Assembly (NCBI GenBank): GCA_013239625.1
Contig: MU053652.1
Coordinates: forward strand, 1,178,001-1,242,000
Source: Lama guanicoe
Taxonomy: Eukaryota
Length of the DNA: 64,000 nt
Direction: 5' to 3'
The notes under the pieces were generated by a model. That model was given only the letters and a program-made list of their open reading frames with translations. It did not search any database and had not been told where the DNA came from. This document shows, piece after piece, positions 1-10,622 of this stretch (positions are counted from its first letter, which is position 1; every line of letters starts with the position of its first letter). The translations under genes and the position numbers were made by a program.

Positions 1-317
1 ACTTTGACAGTGTTTAGAACTTGTATGGGTAGTAGCTGTTACTGGAGCTGTTCAAGGGAATATGTAAACCTACGTGAACTGAAAATAATAGATGAAAATA
101 CGAGCATGTTTTGCTTGGACAAGTGTACCTGAGGGTTGTGGACTAGGGAATGGGACTTCTGAGTTCTATCGCTGATTGCCGGTGTAATTTTTTTTTGTCT
201 GCGTGTTTTGTAGCTGTTTTTAAGGTGATCTGTATATTTTTCTTGGCTTGAAACCATCATTTTGTTTCTCTTGAGGCATGGAGAGGGGTAAGCAACAGTC
301 TCAGTATCATAAGTGAG

Positions 318-460
318 CTGCTGTTTTTAGCTCAGTTGATTAAAACAGTGCTAATAAGGCCCAGACTTCAGTGTTGAATTGTGGATAGGTTAGTTCAACT
401 TGGCTGAGGAAAACGTGCCAAATTTGCCCAGTTGTCTGACATTTGTGCCATCACTTGTAA
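318..460 (+). mobile_element. Ancient tRNA-Ile-derived SINE fragment (MamSINE1-like)
   Basis: TTAGCTCAGTTGATTAAAACAGTGCTAATAAGGCCCAG resembles the 5' half of tRNA-Ile(AAT) (TTAGCTCAGTTGGTTAGAGCGTGGTGCTAATAACGCCAAG). The B-box is decayed. The downstream CCAGTTGTCTGACATTTGTGCCAT resembles the recalled MamSINE1 body. Confidence 0.65.
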
Positions 461-1349
461 GAACAAGAGTGTACCAACAATGTAACATACTCAGTCACTG
501 CTAGAAAACCAATTTTGTGTCCCCTGATAAGGATAGTAATTTCATCTTCATTTATCTTAATATACGAGGAGTAACACTTGGTAAGCAATGTAAACCTTTC
601 CGTAACTAGGCTGTATTTATCAATAGACCATTTTTCCCAGATTTTTCTTGCTGAGGTCCTCAAGAGCTAGCAGTTAAAGGACTTAGTTACATTTTTAAGT
701 TTATAAAGTTTCTTCTCACTTACCAGGGGTTATTTTCCTGGTATTTATAGGTTGCTTCCCCCCCTTTATCCTTAACAGTTCACAGCTTTCCCCCAACTTC
801 CATAAAATAACCTGTATTCTTACACCTGATTCCAACTTTGAATATGAAACAACTCATGGATTAGATGAAAGGTGACCCTCTTGTCTTGCCCTCTCCTCCA
901 AGTCTAAAATAAATTTCTTGTGAGAGAAAGACCAAGCCTTTTGATTACTCATATTACATGTGCTTAATAGGATTTTTCTGAGCACCTGCTGTGTCTGCTT
1001 GAAAAAATGTGCCTTCCCCTCAGCCTTTCACAAGTTTATCTCAAACATCAAAGCTGTGAGTGAACTCTTCCAGAGCAAATGTCAACTTCAATAAGTATCA
1101 TTTTCAAAGTAATATTTATCCTGCTTTCCAGGCATAAACTAATCTCTGCAACTGGCCTTGAAGTTGCAAGCTGAAATTCACAGGAGCCAGTGATGGTGGT
1201 AAGGATACTTATGTGGAACACAACTTGTGCTTTGGGAAGTATTGGCAATTGAGAGCCCCTAAATGAAGAGATTATTTAATGTTGGATGTGATTAAGGATC
1301 CTGGAGAGAGTACATTAACAGAGGCTACAAATCCATTCAGTCATTGGGA

Positions 1350-1412
1350 GTGTAGACGAATGCTGTCGAGGTAGGTGATTGGTCCCTTTCCACTTTAGAG
1401 TCCATGAATCTC
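1350..1412 (+). mobile_element. MIR3 or L3/CR1-type 3' tail fragment
   Basis: GGTCCCTTTCCACTTTAGAGTCCATGAATCT resembles the CR1/MIR3 terminus GGTCCCTTCCAGCTCTAANATTCTATGATTCT. Confidence 0.4.
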
Positions 1413-2199
1413 TTGGGTATATTGCCATGTTAAGCTTTCTAGGATTTTATACAGACAGTAGAAGTTCATGGTTTCCACTAGTAACAAATGCAGAGAAATG
1501 CAAGTGGTAAACTACAAACATAAGCTAAAATTGACATTTATATACATGTATATATAGATAGTTGGCATCCCCTGCTTCCCCCAAAAGTATTGGCGAGTAA
1601 TTGCTTCCAAATAATGCAGGTTTTTTGAAGCATGTCTTAAAATGGTAGTTGGAAAGCAAATCAGTAGTCTCATAAAAAAAAATCCCTGTGCTGCAGGGAA
1701 AGAGGACCATGTGAGAAAAATGGGTCTGTGTCCTTTCAGCAGCGTAATAAGAAACATCTGGAGGAAGTTGAGAAAAACTTACTGAGGGGAGGGTCTGATT
1801 TGTTTTTGTCTCATGTGGTTCCTGTCTCTACCTCTTGGAGATGGGCAACTTAAAAGGAGTTCTTTTCCTCCTCTTACTCTGCTCCTTAGAAGCAGAAGTA
1901 CTTTCTTTGTCTGGCTCACCAAGTCTCTTGTTTCTGAGAACATACTGGACTCTGGGTCGGTGAGTCAGGTATTTGTGTTGATTTTAGATAAAACCAACCA
2001 AGGTGGGTGGGGAGGATGAGTAGGGAGATGACACACATCTTTTCCTCTTCTCTGGGGCACAGGTTGACATGGGGAGTTGGACAGACCAACCATCGGCGAG
2101 CCCCCCATTTACTTCAGTTTGTCTTTAGGAGCAGTGGAGGACAGGGTGGATTCTGCTCTGCTGGTTGGCCCCCTTCTCGTGGTCCTCCCTTGTATTAGA

Positions 2200-2350
2200 A
2201 CAGTGGTTTTTAACTTAGTTCACAGACTAATGTAAATCTGTAAGCTATGGATTCTGCCCAGAACAATGCAATAAGCTGACAGTTTTGCATCCAATTGAGG
2301 AATTAACCCATAGACTCCCGAAACCATGTACCTCAGGGCATAATTCTAGC
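2200..2350. mobile_element. hAT-Charlie non-autonomous element (Charlie4z-like)
   Basis: Starts with CAGTGGTTTTTAAC. Internal AAGCTATGGATTCTGCCCAGAACAATGCA and TTTTGCATCCAATT match recalled Charlie4z motifs. Confidence 0.6.
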
Positions 2351-3394
2351 ATTAGTGTGTGGGTTATTTTACCTTTCTTTGCTACAAACCATTTCTGTAA
2401 ATTGCACTTGGTATTTGCCTTGACTGAGATTCCAGAGGTGTCTGGAAACCCGATCTAGTAGGTATAGATCTTTAAATAGGAAAAAAGCTTTTCTAAAGGA
2501 GTTACCCTGTTTAAGGAAAGATGTTTCCTAAAGAAGTTTCTGCTTATACAGAGGCTCCTTGTCCAGCACTTACAGAAGCTTGTGTTGTAGCTTTAACCCC
2601 TTTTTGGGTCCGTTTGCATCACAAAGAAGGGTTGTTCTCTGGCTACAAATTGTTTATAACCTGGGCCCAGCATCTCTAAATCTTGTCAGCTGTTTCACAG
2701 GTTAGTCACCTTCCAGTTCACAGAGGAGATCAGGTGAGTGGGCAGGCCTGACCTTATTACCGCAGCTGGAAGGTGAACTCAGCTGGTGTTAGCTTGAGAT
2801 ACAAAGGATAGCCTGGCTATTGCCTTCTGTCAGCATAGTTGTGACAGGACTGGGGAGAGGGTAGATCATGCTTAGAGTAAGCAGAGACGTGGCTGTAGGC
2901 TGCCGTGGGTGCTCTCTTGGAAGGGCCTGAGAATATGCTTATGAATGATTGCAAGGACAGAAAAAAGAGTGACTCCCAGGGCAACCCTACAACATGTTTG
3001 TTAACCTAAAAAATGAACTGTGTTCCTTTGGATGATGTAAATCGAACCAAAGACCTTATTGGGAAATGTTTTGAATTGATGTCAGAATTTGACATTAAGT
3101 AGCAAATTTTGAGGCATCTGATAAGCCACACAAATAAAAAGTTAACGAGAAATAAGTAGTGATTAAATTGAAAGAGACATTACACTTTTACTACCCAAAG
3201 AGCGTAGATAGGGATAAATGGGCACCTTATATTCTCGTACCAGGACTTTCGCACCGGCTTCTGGCAGTAGCTGTAGGCCTGGTCCTCATGCACCACGCGA
3301 AAAGGCGCTCAGCACTGACTCGGGTGGAGCTGTGAGAGTGAAACAAGGTGAGTGATCTGTTGAAGCCCAATGGCTGGAGCTGTAGTAGTGATAA

Positions 3395-3560
3395 CTCTCC
3401 CAGATATTTGTGTAGCACTTTACAGTTTGCAGTGCATCTGTGATCCTTGCTTTGTGACTCCAGGGGTAGGTGTTATTACCTCAGTTTTTGGGTGCGGAAA
3501 GTGAGGCCCATGGAGTGACTCTCCTAGGGCTGTATAGCCAGTGGGCGGCCAGTGCTGCCT
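3395..3560 (-). mobile_element. MIR fragment
   Basis: Decayed MIR core: TAGCACTTTACAGTTTGCA...GTAGGTGTTATTACCTCAGTTTTTGGGTGCGGAAAGTGAGGCCC. Confidence 0.55.
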
Positions 3561-3839
3561 CCCCTATTCTGGGCCAGCTTCTTGTTTTACTCCCGAGGAA
3601 TGATGCTTTTGAGGCTGTTTTAGGAACTGGAAGGACTTTTTATGGTATTAATTTTGAAAGTAGCAATAGATAATGGCAAAGCATGAATTTTGATAAGAAG
3701 TAGGTGAAATGGTATTTAGGTGTAAGGGTGGCCTGTCTGCAGGATGAAGGTTTATAACTAATACTTGATTTTTAGCACTCTGATAGATAAACATTTAGTG
3801 TTGTTGTATTTCTTGGACTTACAGAAGTATAAATTAAAA

Positions 3840-4030
3840 TATAAAATTATACCTGTCAAATTGGCATGTATATAGCTTTAAACACAAAACTATATTACAT
3901 GTGTAACATAATATATGTATATGATAGTATAATACATAATGTATATTTGTTAAAATACACATAGTATATTACAGCATACTATGTTAATATGGTACATTGA
4001 ATATAATGTAGTATAATATATTGAGTAAAC
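3840..4030. repeat. AT-rich low-complexity tract (degenerate TA-rich)
   Basis: Runs such as ATAATATATGTATATGATAGTATAATACATAATGTATAT. Confidence 0.7.
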
Positions 4031-4519
4031 TTTATCTAAATTATGTATCAATTAAAATAGCTTTAAGATTCTAAAATTTAATAAGGGTCGTTTTATCTCC
4101 TTAAGAGGAAGTGATACAGTTTTACTTTATTGTGTGGGATTAAGGAGTATCTTGTTTAACAGTAGAGAAAGCACTGAACTAGAGAATGGGGGTTACTAGT
4201 TATGGTCCTGTTGCTGGAGGTTACTTATGATCCCTTTTTATCTCACCTGTGAATTGAGAGGATTGGAGTCAGTCTTAAAGGAATTTTCCTAAGATGTATC
4301 TCAGTTTTGCAGAGGAATTTCAGCAACAGTCTCAGTGGCTGTCAGTTGTCAGAAAAGATGCAGCTTCAAATAGAAAGTCCCTTGGCACTCACTTTCCTAA
4401 CTTCCACTGTTCTTCGAAGAAAGGAGTCATGGGTTTTCTTTCAAAGATCACAGCCTTTGAGTTGTAGACTCTCCCTTTGTTGTCTTGCCTCCATTCTGGT
4501 TTGGGTCCTGTAGCTACAG

Positions 4520-5310
4520 AAGGATTTGAAGCTGGGAGTTACCATGATCAGATTTGCATTTTAGGAGAAATATTGATGGTGCCATGAATTAGGGCAGAGG
4601 AAATGGGGAGAAGAGATGATGAATTCATTAAATGTTTAGGGGTTGAGGAAGTCATGGCTCAGGGAATGAGGGAGAGAGGAGAGTTGAGGACAAGTCCTAT
4701 GTTCTGATTTAGGAAGTTGATGGAGGTGGTGTCATTAATGAGATAAGGAAAGGAAGAGTGAAAGAGGGTTTTTTTGGCACACATGAATTCGGTTTGGGAT
4801 GTGTTGGGTTTGAGGTGCTTGTGGTCTGTCCCAGGGGAGGTGTCTCTTAGGCAATTCAATGTTTAGGTCTGACTCTCAGGGTATAGGTCTTGGGCTAGAG
4901 ATAATGGATTTAGAATTCATTAATTTATCAACAGCAGTTAAAAATCAAGGGAGTGAATGAGAGTTCCAATAAGAGCATGTAGAGTGAGAATATGAAGGCA
5001 AAGAACATGGAGGCCCCTAGCATTTAAGGGTAAGCAGGGGAGGGAGAGCCTGCAAAAGAGATAAGACTCAGTTGGAGTCCCAGGACAACCAGAATGGGGA
5101 TGCCGGGAAAGCCGAGGGAGGGGTTTCCAGAAGAGGGGAGTGAGCAGAGGTCACTGCTGCTGAAGGGAAATCATATAAGCTGGATGCCTTATAGAAGATT
5201 TTTAGTATAAATATAAAAGGTTATTTATTTGGTCATTGGTGACTTTTACCGGAACACTTTCTCTGCTCTATTGGGTTACAAGCCGGATAGTGGTGAGTTA
5301 AGGAAGTTGA
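4520..5310 (-). mobile_element. L2 LINE fragment
   Basis: Antisense L2 motifs: ATGATCAGATTTGCATTTTAG, GAATTCGGTTTGGGATGTGTTGGGTTTGAGGTGC, GGGCTAGAGATAATGGATTTAG and GGTCATTGGTGAC. Confidence 0.8.
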
Positions 5311-5417
5311 AATTGGAAGGAGGTCCTAGAAGTTGTAAGAAGGGGCTCACCCTGTTACTTGACCTGGAAACCTTGACGATTTCTGCTTCACCCACATCTT
5401 GTCGGACACTGACCCTG

Positions 5418-5658
5418 GTGGTGAAGGGGAGTGCCTGAGTGTGACCCTGAGACCCAGTCTTCCTGGGTTTGAATCCCAGCTCCATTACTGATAGCCTGTA
5501 AAATCCAGGGCAAGTTATTTAATCTGGCTGTGCTTCGGTTTCCTCACCTATACAATGGAGATAAAGTATCTCATAGAATGTTAAGGATTAAATGAGTAAA
5601 GTGCTTTATTGAGTGTGCCTGGCACATAATGAAGCACTCAGTGAATGTTAGCTATTTT
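5418..5658 (+). mobile_element. MIR SINE, near full length
   Basis: CCTGGGTTTGAATCCCAGCTCC, GGGCAAGTTATTTAA, CTTCGGTTTCCTCACCTATACAATGGAGATAA and the tail GTGCCTGGCACATAATGAAGCACTCAGTGAATGTTAGCTATT. Confidence 0.9.
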
Positions 5659-5708
5659 GAATCCTTAATATCTTTTGAGTATGTTCTCCATGGATGACTA
5701 TGTAATAG

Positions 5709-6205
5709 CTTTTTTTTTTTTTTAACAATTTTGATGTGTAATATATGTATTATAAAATCAGCCTGCTTTCTGTGTACAACTTTCTAATAAATTAACCAAG
5801 TTGTACAGTCATCACCACAGTCCAATTTTAGAACATTTTCATCACCCTAGTACAACCTCTCATGCCCATTTCTAGTTAATCTCCATTCCCAGCCTTAGGC
5901 TTACCTACTTCCTGTCTGTATAATGTTCCCTTTTCTGGGCATTTCATGTAAATACAATTATACAGTATGTGGCATTTGTGTCTGGCTTCCTTTACTTAAT
6001 TGTTTTTTAAGTCTATCTGTGGTGTAGCATATATCAGAACTTCTTTTTATTGATGAATTGTAGTCCAGTGTATGGATGTATAATGTTTTGTTTATCCATT
6101 CACTGGTAGATGGATGTTTGTTTCCACTCTTGCTGTTATGAGTGATGCTGCTGTGAACATTGCTGTGCAAGTCTTTGTGTGGACATATGTTTAATTAGTT
6201 CTTAG
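5709..6205 (-). mobile_element. L1M (L1MB-like) 3' end fragment
   Basis: A poly(T) tail is followed by CATCACCACAGTCCAATTTTAGAACATTTTCATCACCC and TTTGTTTATCCATTCACTGGTAGATGGATGTTTG...GCTGCTGTGAACATT. Confidence 0.85.
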
Positions 6206-6209
6206 GCTC

Positions 6210-7115
6210 CTTCAGGGATCCTCCTGCTTCTGTTCTTGTCCCCCTCCAATTTGTTTTCCATGCTGTAGCTAGAGTGATCTTTCTAAAATGTAAGTCTGAT
6301 GGTGTCATTATCCTGCTTAAAATCCTTCAGTAGTGCCCAGTTGCCCTCAGGGTCAAGTTCAAACTCCCTAACGTGAAGGATTTACTGAGAGGCTTCAAAA
6401 TCTAAAGTCTTATTTCCTTTTCCACCTTCTCTTTCACTTAGCTCTCTCCCCAGCTTCCTGCTTCAGCCATTCTGTCATTCATTCGTATTATTTCATTTAT
6501 TTAACCATTCATTCAATTAACCAGGCTTATTGAGGCTCTTGGGATATAATAATCGATAGGACAGCCAAATCTTTGCTTTCCTGGAGCTTTTTTCCTAGTG
6601 TGAAAGGCAGGCAATAAACAAGAAAGCATCAGATACTGGTAAGTGCTATAAAGGAAATAAAAAAGGGTGATATAATCGTAACGGGGTGGGAGGGGGTGAT
6701 GATCCTCAAATCTCCAGGCCTGAGTTCCTCAGAGCCTCCGCGTTGTTGCCAGCTGCCTGCTTGATATTTCCACTTGTCTAGTGGTGGGAAGCTCTGTTGC
6801 TTAACTATACCATCATGTGGTACCCTCTTCTTAGAGTGCCCTTATCCTACTCCTCTTCCTAAGTCCTGTTTGTCCTTCTCAGCCCCAGTTCCATGCCCAG
6901 CCTCACTCCCAAAGCCTTCTCGATGCCCTGCCCATCTGCCCATTATGCTATTATGGGCAGACTGACTTAAGTATCACCCTTCACATTATATTTAAATGCA
7001 TGATGATTGTCTGTTTCTTCTGCTCCACTTTAGGCATCTTAATGCCTGTTGAATACCTAAAGTCTATCCTAGTTCCTGGCACAAAGTTGGTCCATAATAA
7101 AATCTGTTGAAAGAG
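6210..7115. mobile_element. Cluster of L2 fragments (+ strand body and 3' end, with an opposite-strand L2 3' end at about 6470-6700)
   Basis: + strand: GCTAGAGTGATCTTTCTAAAATGTAAGTCTGAT...CTGCTTAAAATCCTTCAGT. - strand 3' end: CATTCATTCAATTAACCAGGCTTATTGAG. + strand 3' end: GTTCCTGGCACAAAGTTGGTCCATAATAAAATCTGTTGAA. Confidence 0.7.
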
Positions 7116-7556
7116 GAATTGTTTGTGGTTAGCCTTGACCAGGAGGGAGGGAGGGACACCATTTCCTGTGGGACTGGAGGGAAGGAAGGAGCTAAGGCCT
7201 GCTGCATGCCTAAATTAATTTGTAGTATGGGGGAGGGAAGTTGAAGGAGTTCTGATGGCTTACATTTTCTCAGAGATTACAATTTAGAGCACAGTATAAA
7301 ATGAGGGAAAGAGTTACTTATAATGAGCAATTAGCAGTGCATTAGAAGAAATAAAGAAGTAGTGCTGTGGGGTGCATCTTGAAATCTTAAAACTGTTCTT
7401 ACTTGCTTTTAGTTTTATGGCTATTAGAGTTCGTCTAGTTTCTTTAGGCCATTTGTTATGCATAGTGATATGGATGACTAAATTACTTGGATACTATTGT
7501 GCTGTTTTCTCTCTTGTTCTTTTATAATTGATTTTATTTTGATGTTGCTTTTTCAG

Positions 7557-7644
7557 CTTTCGGAAAATGTGATTGATCGAATGAAGGAAACCTCTCCATC
7601 TGGCTCAAAGTCTCAGCGGTATTCTGGTGCTTATGGTGCCTCAG
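7557..7644 (+). CDS. CHCHD3: CHCHD3 (MIC19) internal coding exon, 88 nt (exon 2 by homology): LSENVIDRMKETSPSGSKSQRYSGAYGAS
   Basis: Polypyrimidine tract plus TTTCAG acceptor at 7551-7556 and donor CAG|GTATTT at 7645. Phase 0 in, phase 1 out. The peptide matches the recalled N-terminal region of mammalian MIC19 and splices in frame to the exon at 46594. Confidence 0.97.
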
Positions 7645-7785
7645 GTATTTCAGAATTTTAATTTCTGAGTTCTTCATAGAAAAATTATAAGTGGTGAGAG
7701 TTCACTTGATAGTCAAGTTCTTTTGCAGTTCTGTCTTTTGTTATTTGGATGCTTGGCTTTTTACAGGGAATGCAATCCTCCCTTG

Positions 7786-8010
7786 TAGTATTTGCATATA
7801 ACCTACGCACATCCTCCCATATACTTTAAATCATCTCTGGTTTACTTATGATACCTAAACACACTGTAAATACAGTATAAGCACTATGTAAATAGTTGCC
7901 TGCATGGCAAATTCTCATTTTTGCTTTTTGGGATTTTTCTGGAATTTTTTTTTCTGAATATTTTCAATCTGTGGATGTGGAACCTGTTTGGATATGGAGG
8001 GCTGATTGTG
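7786..8010. mobile_element. TcMar-Tigger MITE (MER2/MER2B-like), partial
   Basis: TATTTGCATATAACCTACGCACATCCTCCCATATACTTTAAATCATCTCT and the terminal inverted repeat-like end GGATATGGAGGGCTGATTG. Confidence 0.85.
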
Positions 8011-8879
8011 TACGAGGGTTTCTTTTAACATATTTTGCACTAAACATAGAATCTACTTCAAAGCAGTCTATGGAAAGTTTTTTCTCTTCCAGCGCCTGAA
8101 TCCTCTGTTAGGTTTTGGAAGGTTATTTCATATCTTTTTGTGTAAAATGAGTTATTAATAGGGATATGAGAGGTTTAGGAGGTTTATAAATAGAAATTGG
8201 ATTTAGAAAATATTGATTTATTGTTTCCAGATGGTAAAGTATCTTTAATGATTTTACTTTCTAATAGACTTCTTCTAAGTTTATAAACAGTTTATTCCTT
8301 CATAGTTAGTCTCACTTATTGATGAAAATACGGTATTAAATAAAATCCATAGAGAACTTTTAAGTGTTATTTAATCTGTGGATCCTGCAGGATAAGAAGA
8401 TTATTTCTCTCTCCTTTCCTCTCTCCTTTCCTCTCCCCTATCCTTTCCATCTATTCATCCAACTAATATTTATCGAGTACCTGCTATGTGTCTGGCACTG
8501 TTTTTGTTGCTGCACTGTTTTTGTTGATGTATGGACGTGTTGTTTATTGGTGAAATGGCAATGAGAAAATAGTTGGAATGATTAAACTTGGACTAAATGA
8601 GAATCTTCTTTATTTATTAGAAAGGGACATTGTGTGGTAAATCTGGCTATAGACTGAAATACTTTGCGAAAGATGAGATGCTGCCCAAATGCCATTTACT
8701 TGGGGACACTTGTGACCCTCTTACTGATCATTAAGTCAGTAAAATGAATTAAGCTTCTGATGATGTTTAGAGCGGAAGGTACCAAGATGAGTAAGAAATA
8801 GTTCTTGTCCTTTTGAAGTGTGTTGTTTAATAGGAGCACTAGGAAGTGTTCATAGTTCATTAAGGTTACATAGAAAGTC

Positions 8880-9600
8880 ACTACTCCTTGCCTGCTGGAA
8901 ACCCTTTCTTTGGCTTCTGGACCGCACTCTTGGTTTTCTTCCCACCTTACTTGTATCCTCAGTCAAGTCTTCTTTGCTGATTTCCACTAAGTAATCTCTT
9001 TAAATTGTATGACTTTTGAATCATTATGTAGATACCTTTGACTCCCAAAATGTCATCTCTACCTTTGACCCCTACCTGAAACTCGACTTAGAAAACTGCC
9101 TACTTGAAATCTCCACTTAGAGCTGTCTTCAACTTTACTTACCTAAAACAAACCTTTTCTTCTTCACGGTTGCTTCTCTTCTCCATCTTTCCGAGTAAAC
9201 GGCACAGGTGGTCAGGCCCCAAACCTGGGATTCATCCTTGTTTCCTCTTTTCCTTAGTTCTTATATTAGGCCATTAGCTACTCTTGTCAAATCCATCTCT
9301 AAAATATGTTCAGGTTTGTTCAGGTATGTTCCTTCACGTCCATCTTCACTGCTGCAGCTCCAGTCAAGATAAATCATCATCTCTTACCTTGTCTTTTGCA
9401 GAAACCTCTTAACTGGCTTACTGCTTCCACTCTTGTCTCCCCCTCTGTGCTTTGCCATGCACGCAGTGGCCTCAGCAATCTTAAAAAAAATAAATCAGTT
9501 CATATCACATCTCAATGGTAGGTCTCCATGGTACTTAGAAGATAATTTGAACTGCTTTTCTTGGCATCTGAGGTATACCATGACTGGTCCCTTCCTGCTT
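8880..9600 (+). mobile_element. L2 LINE fragment
   Basis: AACTGCCTACTTGAAATCTCCACTTAG, CAGGCCCCAAACCTGGGATTCATCCTTG and CCTCTTAACTGG. Confidence 0.8.
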
Positions 9601-9711
9601 TTCCAGAATTATCTTCTGATATATGGATATTTTTAAAATTGGAATTTAATCTAAAATATGATTTGTTCTAGGTAGATTTCTGTGTACTGCGTTAAAGAGA
9701 TAGAATGATGA

Positions 9712-9960
9712 TGAAATAGTGGTAACACTTAAATAATGTTTATCATGTGCCACGTACTCTGTTAAATCCTTTTCTTATCTCATGTAACTCCTGTAACCCT
9801 GTGAGAAAGGTGCTTTTATTAAGCCATTTTGTATAGAAAGAAACTGAGATTTGAGGTTATTAATTATCATCCCCAAAGTCACACAGCTGATAAGCAATGG
9901 AGGTGATGGTTGAATTCAAGTCTGTTTGCCTCTACAGCAGTTACTGGTAACCACTCTATT
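9712..9960 (-). mobile_element. MIR SINE
   Basis: AACCCTGTGAGAAAGGTGC...CCATTTTGTATAGAAAGAAACTGAG...CCCAAAGTCACACAGCTGATAAG. Confidence 0.85.
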
Positions 9961-10409
9961 TCATTATAATTTGAATGACACCTTGCTTCTTTTGTAGAAA
10001 GGATGTGATAGAAACTAGTTGGAGGGAAAGAGCTGCCTTTTAGTGATGCTCTGCTTGAGTTTAGGAAAGCACGTTCTATCTATAAGTGAGTGTTGGTTCT
10101 TCTAGTTTTTTCCCATATTGCCTCTCATCCAGTAGTGAGTTGAAGGAGAGGAGGTGTTTTCCTTCTTGTGTTGGATTCTTAAACTGATACTGTTAGAGAG
10201 TGGGTGTAGATGGGGAGGCTTTCTGTGAACACCCGTCGTGTGGCCTGCAGAACATGACACTGACATTGTAGGAAGTTCTGGCTGTGCTGAGGTATCCATC
10301 CCTTCCCATTTCTAGGTTTTACATGACTCATGAACTTTTTGGTCTATGACAAGCCCAGGCCCTGGAAACTCTTTGAATGCCCCCTTATGTTTTGTTGGTT
10401 GGGCTAGAA

Positions 10410-10622
10410 CTACGTTCTCTACGTGGTAGCCACTAGTCACATGGGGCTGTTAAGATTTAAGTTAGAATTAATTAAAATGAAATGCGATAAGAATTTCAGC
10501 TCCTTAGTCACACTAGTCACATTTCAATGCTTAGTAACCACATGTGGCTATTGGCTACCATATTGGACAGTAGAGCTATAGGACATTTTCTTTATTGTAC
10601 AAAGTTCTGTTCCAGAGCTTGA
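10410..10622 (-). mobile_element. MER3 (hAT-Charlie MITE), about full length, with target-site duplication (TSD)
   Basis: GTAGCCACTAGTCACATG...CCACATGTGGCTATTGGCTACCATATTGGACAG. The flanks GGCTAGAA (10402-10409) and GCCTAGAA (10623-10630) match at 7/8, consistent with a hAT-type TSD. Confidence 0.9.

Noticed and set aside
8721..8742. Hairpin TTACTGA-N8-TCAGTAA
   Set aside because: A 7-bp stem is expected by chance in 64 kb of AT-rich DNA.
5418..9960. Inverted MIR pair flanking exon 2 as a circRNA driver
   Set aside because: The copies are very diverged and an 88-nt single-exon circle is unlikely. There is no direct evidence.
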